This document shows, piece after piece, positions 1-10,480 of a DNA stretch of 64,000 bases (position 1 is its first letter; each line of letters starts with the position of its first letter). The position numbers and the translations under genes are program-made. The notes beneath the pieces were generated by a model, which saw only the letters and a list, made by a program, of their open reading frames with translations, had not been told where the DNA came from and did not search any database. The stretch is from a virus (taxonomy: Duplodnaviria > Heunggongvirae > Uroviricota > Caudoviricetes). Location of the stretch: the IMG/VR virus record IMGVR_UViG_3300042901_002340, one strand, 5' to 3'.

Positions 1-358
1 GAGTTATTGTGACATGAACATTTATATTATTCCCCTTCCTTATTGTTTGGTTAGGTACGTGACCTCTACCTGGGCTCCAGAAGTTACCAAAATCTGCGTT
101 CTGGAATGGATTTCCCTGATTTGTTCCCCCCCAATTAAAGCTTCCGCTAAAAGGATTTGGGTTATCATACTTTGCTTTTTTTTCCGTGTCGGAAAGTACT
201 TCATATGCCTCATTAACCTCCTTAAATCTTGATTCAAGTTCAGGATCATTTCCGGTTTTATCCGGATGATATTTAACAGCTAATTTTCTATATGCCTTTT
301 TTATGTCATCTGCTGTTGCATTTCTATCCAGACCCAGCGTTTTATAGTGATCAGTCAT
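1..358 (-). CDS. dnaJ: DnaJ co-chaperone, 5' part (runs off the left edge; missing from the ORF track)
   Basis: Manual translation from ATG at 358: [65 protein letters not shown]. This is a J-domain with HPD, followed by a G/F-rich linker and [13 protein letters not shown]. No stop before base 1. Confidence 0.93.
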   Translation of the reverse strand, partial: MTDHYKTLGLDRNATADDIKKAYRKLAVKYHPDKTGNDPELESRFKEVNEAYEVLSDTEKKAKYDNPNPFSGSFNWGGTNQGNPFQNADFGNFWSPGRGHVPNQTIRKGNNINVHVTIT

Positions 359-704
359 TATTCTGTATGGATTTAAAAATGTCCTTTATTTTTATGGATG
401 CCTCACCAGGATCTATAATTCCTCTATTCTCCCACTTGACTTTAAGAGGTTCCGAAAGATTCTTTATTTCTAGACATGTTTCATAATTCTCAACTCTCTC
501 CCAGTACTTCAGCATTCTATTTATAAATGAATCTATCTGATCCGGATTGTCGAAGACATAAACAAGATCACTCATTCTATCTCTCAGAGAATTTAAGAAT
601 ATGTCATGTATGGATCTTTCAACGTGTTTTTTTAATATTTCATATTGAGGATGCGTTGGAAATCCACCAATGCCTTGTCCATTAAAACTAATCATTCCCA
701 TCAC
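351..704 (-). CDS. hypothetical protein (weak UVR-like helix motif [11 protein letters not shown])
   Basis: 117 aa ORF overlapping its neighbours in the operon. Confidence 0.6.
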   Translation of the reverse strand: MMGMISFNGQGIGGFPTHPQYEILKKHVERSIHDIFLNSLRDRMSDLVYVFDNPDQIDSFINRMLKYWERVENYETCLEIKNLSEPLKVKWENRGIIDPGEASIKIKDIFKSIQNND

Positions 705-921
705 CTTGCAATTTTTCTTTTATCTTGGAGAAAAATTCAAAATCTGATAGAAACAAAAAATCGGAAACAAGGGAATCTACCCTTTCCTTTCCAAAATTTT
801 CTATCAAATAATTGTATTTAACTTCCCCCTCTATAACTCTATCCAAGCTATATTTTATATCAGGATTATTTACATTATTAGATAATGAATCCTCAAATTC
901 CTGTATTACATTCTTGTTCAT
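688..921 (-). CDS. hypothetical protein
   Basis: 77 aa ORF overlapping both neighbours. Confidence 0.55.
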   Translation of the reverse strand: MNKNVIQEFEDSLSNNVNNPDIKYSLDRVIEGEVKYNYLIENFGKERVDSLVSDFLFLSDFEFFSKIKEKLQGDGND

Positions 922-1855
922 ATATTGGTAATTTTTTTTGCTCCATCATATCGAAATATCTCAATAGAGCTTTCTCTTTCATTTTTATTTCGAATTCTAT
1001 ATCGAATATAAGGTCATAAGTTTCGGGTCCTCTCCAAACCCAATCTGAGTGAGCAACCTCCTTAGCTGAAGCATCTTCGAATAATTTTTTAGAATCTGAA
1101 TAATGGGTTATCGCTGGTATTTCTTCAGGCCACGTTGATAAGCAAACTCTAAGTGATTCTTCTTCTGAAAGCGTCTCTGGAGGATTACATTCATTATGCA
1201 GATAATCAAACGTAACAGGTATTCCAATTTTAGAATAAACCATCCTGTGTAAGTCAACCGATGTATATTGTGACCTTTTATCATCAACCTCAACAACCAA
1301 TCTCGATCTAACAGAATCTGGTAAAAGTGAAAAGTTCTCACAGAATCTATTAGCTGCACTTTCCTTGTCTGGTTTTGTGGTATTAACGTGTATGTTTATT
1401 GGATAATAAACGGATCTATCCAATCCCATCATATCCATTATTTCACCGTGCTGCGATAATTCCTTTATAGCCTTAATGACCACATCAGGTCTTTCAGATG
1501 CAAGTACGCCATAAGGCGACGGATGGAAGGTTATTCTTTGATCCACAGATTTGGCAAATTCACCACACTCTTTTAATATCGCCAATATTTCCTCATAATC
1601 TTTAAGATGACTGATTTCATACTCAGAACACCAGGGAAACATATCACTAGACATCCTATACATTTTTATAGAATTAGCTTCGTTCCACTCCAATATGGTT
1701 TTAAGATCTTTTACATTCTGTAGTGAAAGATCTGAAACGTAATTCAATCCACGTTCAAGAAAAGTTTTCTTAACCATTCCCCTATTTGTAGTGACTTTAT
1801 TCTTACTCTCTGAGAGAGTCATGTTAATGCAGCAGTAACCTAATTTTCTATCCAT
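893..1855 (-). CDS. uvsE: UV damage endonuclease (UvsE/UVDE family)
   Basis: LGYCCIN, YRMSSDMFP, RITFHP, INIH, RLVVE-DD, FDYLH, HSD and EIKMKE motifs of the UVDE TIM barrel. Confidence 0.92.
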   Translation of the reverse strand: MDRKLGYCCINMTLSESKNKVTTNRGMVKKTFLERGLNYVSDLSLQNVKDLKTILEWNEANSIKMYRMSSDMFPWCSEYEISHLKDYEEILAILKECGEFAKSVDQRITFHPSPYGVLASERPDVVIKAIKELSQHGEIMDMMGLDRSVYYPINIHVNTTKPDKESAANRFCENFSLLPDSVRSRLVVEVDDKRSQYTSVDLHRMVYSKIGIPVTFDYLHNECNPPETLSEEESLRVCLSTWPEEIPAITHYSDSKKLFEDASAKEVAHSDWVWRGPETYDLIFDIEFEIKMKEKALLRYFDMMEQKKLPIYEQECNTGI

Positions 1856-1869
1856 GTTATTTTTTTATG

Positions 1870-1877
1870 CAAATATA
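1870..1877 (-). promoter_or_regulatory. Bacteroidota housekeeping-sigma -7 element (TAnnTTTG) upstream of uvsE
   Basis: Minus strand reads TATATTTGCA about 15 nt upstream of the ATG. Confidence 0.55.
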
Positions 1878-1904
1878 AATTATTTATTCGACATTAAAAA
1901 ATAA

Positions 1905-3689
1905 TTACATTGAACTTAGCCATTTTTTTCTTTCACTTGACAATTTACCGAATGCCATCTCTAGGTGTTTTTTTGTTCCTGCATCTTCTCTTAAAACTGT
2001 TACCCTTCTATTACTCATTACATGATCCCAATCCTCCAAGGATAAAGATCCAAGTCCCTTAAGATATCTAACGTTATTTTTATCCCCCTTAGACTTCTTA
2101 AATTCATCAAGTGAATAATAATATTTTTTAACTCTATCTCCAACAGTTACTAGTGGGGTATCCAAGAAATGTATTCTATTCTGTTTTATCATCCATGGAA
2201 ACCACGTATAGAATAGATTTATAAGAAGTGATGTGATATGTGCACCATCAGGATCCTGGTCAGTCGCAATAACAACCTTCTCAAATGGACAAGTTAAATT
2301 CTGTCCCTCCGGATCCAGGTTTAATATCTGCATTAGCTCTAATATCTCCCTATTGTCTGATAAATCAGAAAGACTTCTAGCATTCTTTATTTTACCCTTT
2401 AGTGCATAGACACCATCCTTTTTGGGATCTCTTTTCTGCAGTATTGATCCCATCGCACTTAATCCTTCAACTATAAAAAGATTCTCAGCCCTCATAGCTG
2501 TGGGTGGAAAATACTTATTAGAATTCTTTATTCTAATACCTTTCTTCTCTTTCCTAATTTTTTTAAGTTCTGATTCCTTCCTTCTGTCATCTACCGATTT
2601 TTTAATTTTCTTGTAAACATCGCTTTTAAAGAATTTATTCAAAACTGAATCAAAGTGTCTCATTATGGTCGGTTCAACCTCTTCCCTTTTTGAAACAAAC
2701 TTCGTTTTATTCTGATCACCAAATCTAACTATACTTGGAGACATATTTAAAATGATTAGGGTGTCATAAAAATGATGACCCAAGGTATCGTCAAGTTCTA
2801 TGTTTATTTTGTCCTGTATAATCTTTTGATGTATTCCCGTACAAAGTGCACTATTAACAAAAGAAAAAGTTCCAGATTCAGGTTTTTTTTCCCATATTAG
2901 GATCTCTCCGATATTTGCTTTCGCAGACCAATCTGGTTTAAGACCTGATTGTATCGTTTCACTTTTACCATTCCATATGAATTCTATCTTGAGGGAAGCT
3001 GTTTTCTCTTCAGTTTCAAGAACTCTCTTTTTTAAACAAAGATATGATATTATGGTTGAATAGTCCCATTTTGAGTTATCAAATACGGATGAATTTGGTA
3101 TAAATGAAACTCTGGTACCAGTTTTTGTTCCCTTCTTTTTTGTAGTTATTGTTGGGGTATTTGATTTGAAAGATTTCCAGGTTTGCAGATAGGTTTCTGT
3201 CGAGTTGGTTGTTTCAATTTCGAAAGTATTGGAGAGTGCATTAACCAGAGATACACCCATACCATTAGTACCCACTATTGATTCAGCTATGTCATCATTA
3301 TCAAAATTTGATCCAGCTCTAAGCATAGAAACTGCAGTCTCTATATTTGTCAACTTACTTTTCTTGTTAATAACTGATCCGTTATTAAAGCCATCACCAG
3401 TATCAGTTATGGAAACAAGATTCTCTTTGCTATCTACTTCGACGATTATCGTCTTCATCGGCGTAGACATCCTTTTCGCTTCGTCTACGGAATTTGCAAA
3501 CACCTCATCGAACAATTTATACATTCCGATGGAATGTTCCTTATTCACTGCCTTAATGAAGCCATCGCCTATTATGGGTAATGTTTCCTCACTCTTCTTA
3601 ACAGATCCGACATACATGGTCGGTCTTTTTATGATGTGCTCAAAATCTGTAAGTACCTCTATAGTTTTATTGACCTTCTTATTATCCAT
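1905..3689 (-). CDS. type IIA DNA topoisomerase large subunit (GHKL ATPase + TOPRIM; T4 gp39/60-, GyrB/ParE-like)
   Basis: EHIIKRPTMYVGS, EVFANSVDE, DTGDG, GTNGMGVSLVNALS, VEGLSA, ALKGKIKN, TDQDPDGAHI, RYLKGLGS. Confidence 0.95.
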   Translation of the reverse strand: MDNKKVNKTIEVLTDFEHIIKRPTMYVGSVKKSEETLPIIGDGFIKAVNKEHSIGMYKLFDEVFANSVDEAKRMSTPMKTIIVEVDSKENLVSITDTGDGFNNGSVINKKSKLTNIETAVSMLRAGSNFDNDDIAESIVGTNGMGVSLVNALSNTFEIETTNSTETYLQTWKSFKSNTPTITTKKKGTKTGTRVSFIPNSSVFDNSKWDYSTIISYLCLKKRVLETEEKTASLKIEFIWNGKSETIQSGLKPDWSAKANIGEILIWEKKPESGTFSFVNSALCTGIHQKIIQDKINIELDDTLGHHFYDTLIILNMSPSIVRFGDQNKTKFVSKREEVEPTIMRHFDSVLNKFFKSDVYKKIKKSVDDRRKESELKKIRKEKKGIRIKNSNKYFPPTAMRAENLFIVEGLSAMGSILQKRDPKKDGVYALKGKIKNARSLSDLSDNREILELMQILNLDPEGQNLTCPFEKVVIATDQDPDGAHITSLLINLFYTWFPWMIKQNRIHFLDTPLVTVGDRVKKYYYSLDEFKKSKGDKNNVRYLKGLGSLSLEDWDHVMSNRRVTVLREDAGTKKHLEMAFGKLSSERKKWLSSM

Positions 3690-3740
3690 CTTTAATTTTT
3701 ATGTTTAATATTATATGCTTTTTCAAAAATTAATTTCAAT

Positions 3741-3771
3741 AAAAAACCCTCAATGTTTATTGAGGGTTTTT
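3741..3771. terminator. intrinsic terminator hairpin (bidirectional-type)
   Basis: AAAAACCCTCAAT-GTTT-ATTGAGGGTTTTT perfect inverted repeat with A/T tails, just downstream of 3788..4324. Confidence 0.85.
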
Positions 3772-3787
3772 AATTATGTTATTCGTA

Positions 3788-4324
3788 TTAAGAATAAAAA
3801 ACTTCTTCTATTTGTTTAGGTTCAATGAAAGTTGAAAAATAAGAAACTGATTCAGGGGAAGAAAAAGCTTCCTTTTTCTTGGATGAAGGTATTCCTATTA
3901 TATAATCAATACCATCTAAATTAGTAACACCAGTAACTATATACTCGCTGTCTATGAATAGATTTCTACCCTCTCCACCGTATATATTATCATCCGGTGC
4001 AACATCAGCAGCTTCAACCCTGCTACCTCTAATAGCGTATTGTTCCTTCTCTATTCTTTTTCTTTCTGCATCAAGAGTATCGATGATATGCTGAGGTGCT
4101 TTTTTTCCCTGTGTTGGTAGATCTACAATCATGCTGATTTCCTCCAACTGACCAGTTTTTTGCTGATCTAATAAATCGCTTATATATGAAAATATTTTCG
4201 TTGTTGATACCTCATCTTCAGGATCATTAGAAGGACTTCTTCTAAAATCATCGGCGTTATAAACAGGTATACCGGCCTCATCCAATCCCTCATAGGATTC
4301 AAATTCTAGTAGGTGCTTCATCAT
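3788..4324 (-). CDS. hypothetical protein, putative head-internal protein (leader MMKHLLEFESYEGLDE)
   Basis: 178 aa ORF with the shared N-terminal motif, its own GATATATA element and a terminator. Confidence 0.7.
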   Translation of the reverse strand: MMKHLLEFESYEGLDEAGIPVYNADDFRRSPSNDPEDEVSTTKIFSYISDLLDQQKTGQLEEISMIVDLPTQGKKAPQHIIDTLDAERKRIEKEQYAIRGSRVEAADVAPDDNIYGGEGRNLFIDSEYIVTGVTNLDGIDYIIGIPSSKKKEAFSSPESVSYFSTFIEPKQIEEVFYS

Positions 4325-4338
4325 TTAACTTTTTATTC

Positions 4339-4346
4339 TATATATC
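4339..4346 (-). promoter_or_regulatory. GATATATA putative phage late promoter
   Basis: Recurrent 8-mer shortly upstream of start codons (11 such copies in the window). Confidence 0.65.
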
Positions 4347-4356
4347 TAGAATTTGA

Positions 4357-5622
4357 TTACTTTTTTTTATTGTTAGCTTTATCAGCCTCCATTTTAGTAA
4401 TCTGCGCATGCTTGGCTTTCTCGTGTGCTCCCTTTTTATAGAACTCCATATTTTTTAGTAATCTGTTTTGTTCATCACTCGGAAGAGTTTTAAAGAAAGG
4501 TGCAGTTATGATGGCATTGGTTTTTTCCATAGCTATTTCAGGATTTCCTATATAATGAGCTGCTAACGAGTACTCGTCAAGCAATCTCCATTGCCATATC
4601 TCTGCTTCTATGAAAAGTATATCCTGAGTCCCTCTAGTTTTTATTCCAATGTCTCCGTACGCAAAGGCAATAAGAAATCTTTTTTGCTCTCTATATTTCC
4701 TCATGGTGTGGAAAAGAGCCTCCAATCTAGATGGTCTATATTCCCAAGCTCTCGAATAAAGATTAGTAACTTCCTCTATAGGAGCACCCATTCTTTCCTT
4801 CATCTTAGCAATCATATACATGGAGTAGTAAACTTCCTCTTCCCAGCCACCCATGGCAATTCTCTTATTGTATGCTTCTATAGATTTTTCCAACTGATCA
4901 GAATCTCTGTAACTCTGAGCAAGATAAAACATATATCTGTCATTATCAGGTTCCTTTACAAGAGCTTCCTCTAATATTACTGCATCCTTTGAGTATTTTT
5001 CTTCCAATGAAGCGGCTCTCTTAAGAGGTGAGATATCAGCCATAACAAAGGCATTTGGAACGGGAGCTTGGTATATCTGCTCTTTTTTTTCATCCAGGTG
5101 CAGGTACTCATGCAGAACCCCCTTATATACCCAGTTCTGATCAGATTTAACAATCTGTGCTCTATGGTATTGAAGATTATTCAGCTTATATAAGATCTGA
5201 TAGCAATCGGGAAATTTGTCAAGCCCAGCAAAAGGATTAACATTTGGATTTTCCTGTATGAATGTATCATCCGCATCTATAATCCATCTATAGTCGCATT
5301 TACCCTTTGCTAAATTTAAACTTTCAGTTCTATTGACTTCAAAGTTTACCCAAGGTCTCTGGTGTAATTCTCCAGGAATTCCCAAGGATTCCATAGTTTT
5401 ATTGATAACCTCCAAGGTATTATCACTTGATCCTGTGTCTACGATGACCCAATATTTAATATACGGAGCAACCGCTCTAAGACATCTTTCCATAGTGTCT
5501 TCCTCGTCTTTTACAATCATAACCAGACAAAGGTCTATTACCTGAATGTTATTATGTACGGGTCTAGCTACATTAATCGGAGCAGCTACCTTTTTTTGTT
5601 TCTTTTTATTCTTAACAGCCAT
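4357..5622 (-). CDS. GT2 family glycosyltransferase with C-terminal TPR repeats
   Basis: LVMIVKDEE, VDTGSSDNT, WVNFEVNR, IIDADD, GVLHE; TPR-like helices (RYMFYLAQSYRD, AIEAYNKRI-like SIEAYNKRI, RPSRLEAL). Confidence 0.9.
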   Translation of the reverse strand: MAVKNKKKQKKVAAPINVARPVHNNIQVIDLCLVMIVKDEEDTMERCLRAVAPYIKYWVIVDTGSSDNTLEVINKTMESLGIPGELHQRPWVNFEVNRTESLNLAKGKCDYRWIIDADDTFIQENPNVNPFAGLDKFPDCYQILYKLNNLQYHRAQIVKSDQNWVYKGVLHEYLHLDEKKEQIYQAPVPNAFVMADISPLKRAASLEEKYSKDAVILEEALVKEPDNDRYMFYLAQSYRDSDQLEKSIEAYNKRIAMGGWEEEVYYSMYMIAKMKERMGAPIEEVTNLYSRAWEYRPSRLEALFHTMRKYREQKRFLIAFAYGDIGIKTRGTQDILFIEAEIWQWRLLDEYSLAAHYIGNPEIAMEKTNAIITAPFFKTLPSDEQNRLLKNMEFYKKGAHEKAKHAQITKMEADKANNKKK

Positions 5623-5655
5623 TTAAAACTTTTTAGTTATTATAGTTTAGTTATC

Positions 5656-6294
5656 CTATTTTGCTCCCTTTTTTTTCGATATTTTTATCGATTCAACTTC
5701 ACCGACCGGATCAAATTTTATATATGATGTATATTTTTCATCCAGTTCTCTTTTTATACCTCTTCTATTTCTACTTACGTTTATTAAAGGGATCTCATAT
5801 TTACTAAAGAATACGCCATCAAAAACCCAAACCTTAATATTAAAATATTTATTCTCATATAAACCGTAATCTACTGAGCCAATCTTCAAAAAAAATCTAC
5901 ATTCGAATATATGTTTACCTCTAAGATACAATTCAATAAATATCCAATTATTATCGTGTGGCGAAGATAATATATTCTGTCCGAAATTAACGCAATATAT
6001 TATTTTTTTACTATCAAGATCCAAAATCTTATACTCCAATCCAGCCAAATCAAATATAGATTTTATCAGCTCTGGTATATCATCAGCTTCGCTATATAGA
6101 TTCAGAAAGCAACTAAGCTCGCCGGATTCAAATTTTTTCTGACTTTTGATTTCTACCTCGTCATCCTCCCTTACCAATGAAGAAAAATAATCCAGAGAAT
6201 CATGTAATAGATTTCTCTGGATTATTTCTATATTCTTCTGCTGATTTACTTTTTCTTTTACCGATTTTACAAAATCCTCGCTAGATTTTTTCAT
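5656..6294 (-). CDS. hypothetical protein
   Basis: 212 aa ORF overlapping the adk stop. Confidence 0.65.
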   Translation of the reverse strand: MKKSSEDFVKSVKEKVNQQKNIEIIQRNLLHDSLDYFSSLVREDDEVEIKSQKKFESGELSCFLNLYSEADDIPELIKSIFDLAGLEYKILDLDSKKIIYCVNFGQNILSSPHDNNWIFIELYLRGKHIFECRFFLKIGSVDYGLYENKYFNIKVWVFDGVFFSKYEIPLINVSRNRRGIKRELDEKYTSYIKFDPVGEVESIKISKKKGAK

Positions 6295-6949
6295 CCTTTT
6301 TCTTTTTAATCACCTTAAGTCCTAATTTTTTTACTATAGATTTAAGTACGCCTTCCATACCAAGATCAGCATCGATTTTTATTAATTTTCTACTCTTCTT
6401 GTAAAAATCGATAAGTGGAAATGTCTTCTCGTTGTATTCGGCAAATCTTTTATCTATAACTTCATCACTAGCATCATCTTTTCTATTCTCCTTTTTAGCT
6501 CTATTTCTTATTCTTTCCTTAGCCTTATCCTCGGGAAGATCCATAAAAATTGCATGATTTAAACCAAGACCCAACTTACCAAGTAAAGAATCAAGTTTTC
6601 TTGCTTGCTTTATAGTTCTAGGATAACCGTCAAAAATTATACCCTTATTCAGATCAAGTTTTTTAAGCTCTTTTCTAAGCATTTTAAGCATCATCTCATC
6701 AGAAATGAACTTTCCACCTTCAACTATTTTTTTTAATTCCGGATCATCAGACTTTCTTATCAAATCGCCAGTAGAAATATGATTAATACCAAATTTCTCA
6801 TTTAATTGCTTCGATAAAGTTCCTTTACCCGATCCAGGAGCTCCTAGCATAACTAGTACATCGCCTTGAGAATCGGGAAGCTCTCTTTCATTTAAGAATT
6901 CGTCGAATTTTTTTACAACTTCATCACTAAACCATTTTTTGTTCTCCAT
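6281..6949 (-). CDS. adk: adenylate kinase (short-LID type) with a ~25 aa N-terminal extension
   Basis: GAPGSGKGT P-loop, HISTGDLIR, FDGYPRT, R-DD LID region. Confidence 0.93.
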   Translation of the reverse strand: MENKKWFSDEVVKKFDEFLNERELPDSQGDVLVMLGAPGSGKGTLSKQLNEKFGINHISTGDLIRKSDDPELKKIVEGGKFISDEMMLKMLRKELKKLDLNKGIIFDGYPRTIKQARKLDSLLGKLGLGLNHAIFMDLPEDKAKERIRNRAKKENRKDDASDEVIDKRFAEYNEKTFPLIDFYKKSRKLIKIDADLGMEGVLKSIVKKLGLKVIKKKKDEKI

Positions 6950-6963
6950 TATAATTTATTTTT

Positions 6964-9456
6964 TTAAGAACCGCACATTTCACAATCTTCGGGATTGTCA
7001 AGGCTACAAGTAACTCCAGAAAGTACATCCTCAGCAGCTTTGCTTAATTCCTCACTAGTCATACCATTAATTGTTACATTAGCTGGTCTGGTTGTTTCAG
7101 TAGGAACTATCTTTGATTCAGATTCTTTCATTGAATTTTTAACTTTCTCCATATCTATACCAAGTCCTACGAGAGCATCAACTGCTGATTTAGTTCTTAG
7201 ATAGTACATTCCAGTTTTAAGTCCAGCTTTCCAGGAGTAAAAGTGGGCAGATGTTAGTTTTGCTGAATTCACATTCTCTATAAATAAATTTAAAGATTGG
7301 GATTGACATATAAATTTACCTCTTCCTGCCGACATATCTATAAGATCTTTTTGTTTTATCTCCCAAACAGTCTTATAAACTTCACGAATATTCTCAGGTA
7401 TTTGTTCTATAGCTTGAACTGATCCTTTATTCAGAACGATTAAATTCTTCATATCCTCGCTCCATAATCCTAATGAAATAAGATCTTTTACTAGATGCTT
7501 GTTTATTATTATAAACTCACCACTTAGAGTTCTTCTTGTGTATATATTCGAAGTGAATGGTTCAAATGCTTCATTGTTACCCATAATCTGTGCTGTTGAT
7601 GCAGTTGGCATCGGAGCTAACAATAAAGAATTTCTTGCTCCATTTTTTATAACATCCTTTCTAAGTTTAGCCCAATCCCATCTTCCAGATAATTGTTCAT
7701 CATTAAATCCCCACATATTGAATTGGAATTCACCCTTAGATAGAGGTGAACCCTGAAATGTCTCATATGCACCTTCTTTCTTAGCAAGTGACATCGAAGC
7801 GGACATTGAAGCAAAATATATTGTTTCAAATACTTCCTCGTTAATTCTTTTAGCTTCGGGAGAAGCAAAAGGAATACCGAGTATCGCAAATAAATCAGCA
7901 AGACCCTGAATACCTATACCTATTGGTCTATGTCTCATATTGGATTTTTTAGTCTCCGGAGTTGGGTAATAATTAACATCTATAACCTTATTAAGGTTAA
8001 GTGTTGTCTGATATGCAACATCATAAAGAGCCTGGTGATCCACCTCACATCTTCCCTTAGATATCTTAGAAGTTCTATTATCTGTGGATTTAAGAAATTT
8101 ATTGACAGGTATAGAAGCAAGGTTACAAACAGCTTGCTCGTCCTTATCAGTATATTCCATAATCTCCGTACATAGATTGGAACTTTTAATGGTACCTAAA
8201 TTTTTCTGGTTTGATTTTTTATTAGCAGCATCCTTGTATAAAATGTAGGGTGTACCATTCTCAATTTGTGCGTCGAGTATTCTAGTCCAAAGATCTCTAG
8301 CTTTCATTGTCTTCCTAGCTTTACCCGATGCTTCAGCAGCTTCGTATGCAGCTTCAAATTCGTCTCCGTATAATTCCCAAAGTCCAGGAACATCAGAAGG
8401 CGAGAATAAGCTCCAATGCTTGTCTTCCTCCACCCTTTTCATGAATAAATCAGGAGTCCATAATGCTAAGAAAAGATCTCTAGCTCTAAATTCCTCCTTA
8501 CCGTGATTTTTTCTAAGCTCTATAAAATCCTCGATATCAGAATGCCAAGGTTCAATATAGATAGCAAAAGATCCCTTTCTTTTACCCCCACCCTGATCAA
8601 CGTATCTAGCTGTTTCGTTAAAAACTTTAAGCATAGGAATTATTCCATTGGAAGTACCATTTGTACCTCTAATATAAGAACCAGTACCTCTCACGTTATG
8701 TACTGCAAGACCAATACCTCCTGCATTCTGAGATATAGCAGCAACATCAGAAAGGGTTTTATAAATACCAGGAATTGAATCATCCGACATCATCAATAGG
8801 AAGCATGAAGATAGTTGAGGTTTCTTTGTACCTGCATTAAATAATGTTGGTGTAGCGTGAGTCATCATGTGATTCGATAAGAGCTCATATGTTTTAATAA
8901 CACTCTTTATATCCTCACCCCATATTCCCGCGGCTACACGCATGTACATATGCTGTGGTGATTCGCAAACTTGACCATTGGTTTTAAGTAAATAGCTTTT
9001 TTCAAGTGTTCTAAATCCGAAATATTCAAAATCAAAATCCCTCTCGTGTATAATAGCGCCATCGAGTTTTTGCTTATTTTTCATAACAACCTCATAAGTA
9101 AGATCATTAATAAGACCAGCAGGTTCATTAGTTTCGGGATTTATATAGTCATAAAGGTCCTGTATAGTTTCGGAGAATTTCTTCTTTGTTGTTTTATGCA
9201 ATCTTGAAACTGCTATTCTTGATGCCAATATAGAATAATCAGGATGTCTAGGAATAAGGGAAGCTGCGGTTTCCGCTGTAAGGTTATCAAGCTCTTGAGT
9301 TGTTATACCATCATAAATACCTGCAATAACTTTCTGAGCTACTTCCATAGCGTCCACGTAATCGGTATTTAAACCATAGGTCATCTTTCTTATTCTATTC
9401 GATATCTTTTCAAATCTAACAGCCTCTCTCGAGCCATCTCTTTTAGTTACAAACAT
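6964..9456 (-). CDS. nrdA: ribonucleotide reductase class Ia alpha subunit with ATP cone
   Basis: VTKRDG ATP cone, ATPTLFNAG, QLSSCFL, SNLCTEI, CNLASI, APMPTAST, KTGMYYLR, C-terminal CEMCGS. Confidence 0.97.
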   Translation of the reverse strand: MFVTKRDGSREAVRFEKISNRIRKMTYGLNTDYVDAMEVAQKVIAGIYDGITTQELDNLTAETAASLIPRHPDYSILASRIAVSRLHKTTKKKFSETIQDLYDYINPETNEPAGLINDLTYEVVMKNKQKLDGAIIHERDFDFEYFGFRTLEKSYLLKTNGQVCESPQHMYMRVAAGIWGEDIKSVIKTYELLSNHMMTHATPTLFNAGTKKPQLSSCFLLMMSDDSIPGIYKTLSDVAAISQNAGGIGLAVHNVRGTGSYIRGTNGTSNGIIPMLKVFNETARYVDQGGGKRKGSFAIYIEPWHSDIEDFIELRKNHGKEEFRARDLFLALWTPDLFMKRVEEDKHWSLFSPSDVPGLWELYGDEFEAAYEAAEASGKARKTMKARDLWTRILDAQIENGTPYILYKDAANKKSNQKNLGTIKSSNLCTEIMEYTDKDEQAVCNLASIPVNKFLKSTDNRTSKISKGRCEVDHQALYDVAYQTTLNLNKVIDVNYYPTPETKKSNMRHRPIGIGIQGLADLFAILGIPFASPEAKRINEEVFETIYFASMSASMSLAKKEGAYETFQGSPLSKGEFQFNMWGFNDEQLSGRWDWAKLRKDVIKNGARNSLLLAPMPTASTAQIMGNNEAFEPFTSNIYTRRTLSGEFIIINKHLVKDLISLGLWSEDMKNLIVLNKGSVQAIEQIPENIREVYKTVWEIKQKDLIDMSAGRGKFICQSQSLNLFIENVNSAKLTSAHFYSWKAGLKTGMYYLRTKSAVDALVGLGIDMEKVKNSMKESESKIVPTETTRPANVTINGMTSEELSKAAEDVLSGVTCSLDNPEDCEMCGS

Positions 9457-9482
9457 ATTTTAGGTTAATTTTTTTTTAATTT

Positions 9483-10466
9483 TTAAAAGTCATCATTCAT
9501 TTCGAACGTATCTGAATTCTTATTCATTATACCAGATTTCTGATATTCACCAGTTCTTTTTTCGAAGAAATTAGTTTTTCCTTGTAAAGCAATATTCTCC
9601 ATGAAGTCAAAAGGACATGTGGAATTATAAACTTTTGAACAACCTAGATCAACCAATAGTCTATCTGCAACGAACTCGAGATATTGTTTCATAAGATCTT
9701 GGTTCATACCAATCAATCTAACAGGAAGAGATTCTGTTATAAATTCTTTCTCTATTTCTAATGCACTAGTTATTATCTCCTTTATTCTTTCCTCCGAAAC
9801 TTTATTAGCTAGGTGTTCATTGTGCAGTAATACCGCAAAATCACAATGCATACCTTCATCTCTAGAGATCAACTCATTGGAGAAACATAGACCAGGTAAT
9901 AAACCTCTCTTCTTCATCCAAAATATGGAGCAGAAAGAACCACTAAAGAATATACCCTCTACAGCAGCAAATGCAATAAGTCTCTCCTGGAAGCTTGCAT
10001 TAGATATCCAATTTAGAGCCCATTCGGCTTTCTTCTTAACTGCAGGGATCGTGTCAATCGCATTAAACAATCTATCCTTCTCAGCTGGATCCTGGATATA
10101 GGTATCAATAAGCAAAGAATAAGTTTCAGAATGGATATTCTCCATCATTATCTGAAACCCATAGAAAAATTTAGCTTCAGCATATTGAACCTCTCCAACA
10201 AAGTTTTCAGCAAGATTCTCATTAACGATACCATCTGATGCAGCAAAGAAAGCTAGCACATTCTTGATAAAGTATCTTTCATCGTCATTTAGTTTGTTTC
10301 TCCAGTCATTAAGATCCGCAGAAAGATCTATCTCCTCCGCTGTCCATATACAGGCTTCTTGTTCCTTATATCTGTTCCATATATCATGGTGTTCTATCGG
10401 AAAAATGACGAATCTGCCTGGGTTATTCGCCAAAATTGGTTCTGGTAAAGAGTATCTTCCTTCCAT
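9483..10466 (-). CDS. nrdB: ribonucleotide reductase class Ia beta subunit
   Basis: [50 protein letters not shown]. Confidence 0.97.
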   Translation of the reverse strand: MEGRYSLPEPILANNPGRFVIFPIEHHDIWNRYKEQEACIWTAEEIDLSADLNDWRNKLNDDERYFIKNVLAFFAASDGIVNENLAENFVGEVQYAEAKFFYGFQIMMENIHSETYSLLIDTYIQDPAEKDRLFNAIDTIPAVKKKAEWALNWISNASFQERLIAFAAVEGIFFSGSFCSIFWMKKRGLLPGLCFSNELISRDEGMHCDFAVLLHNEHLANKVSEERIKEIITSALEIEKEFITESLPVRLIGMNQDLMKQYLEFVADRLLVDLGCSKVYNSTCPFDFMENIALQGKTNFFEKRTGEYQKSGIMNKNSDTFEMNDDF

Positions 10467-10480
10467 TGTTTTAGTTTTTT

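Noticed and set aside
40-249. 69 aa minus-strand and 72 aa plus-strand ORFs in the track
   Set aside because: Off-frame or antisense shadows of the real dnaJ frame starting at 358
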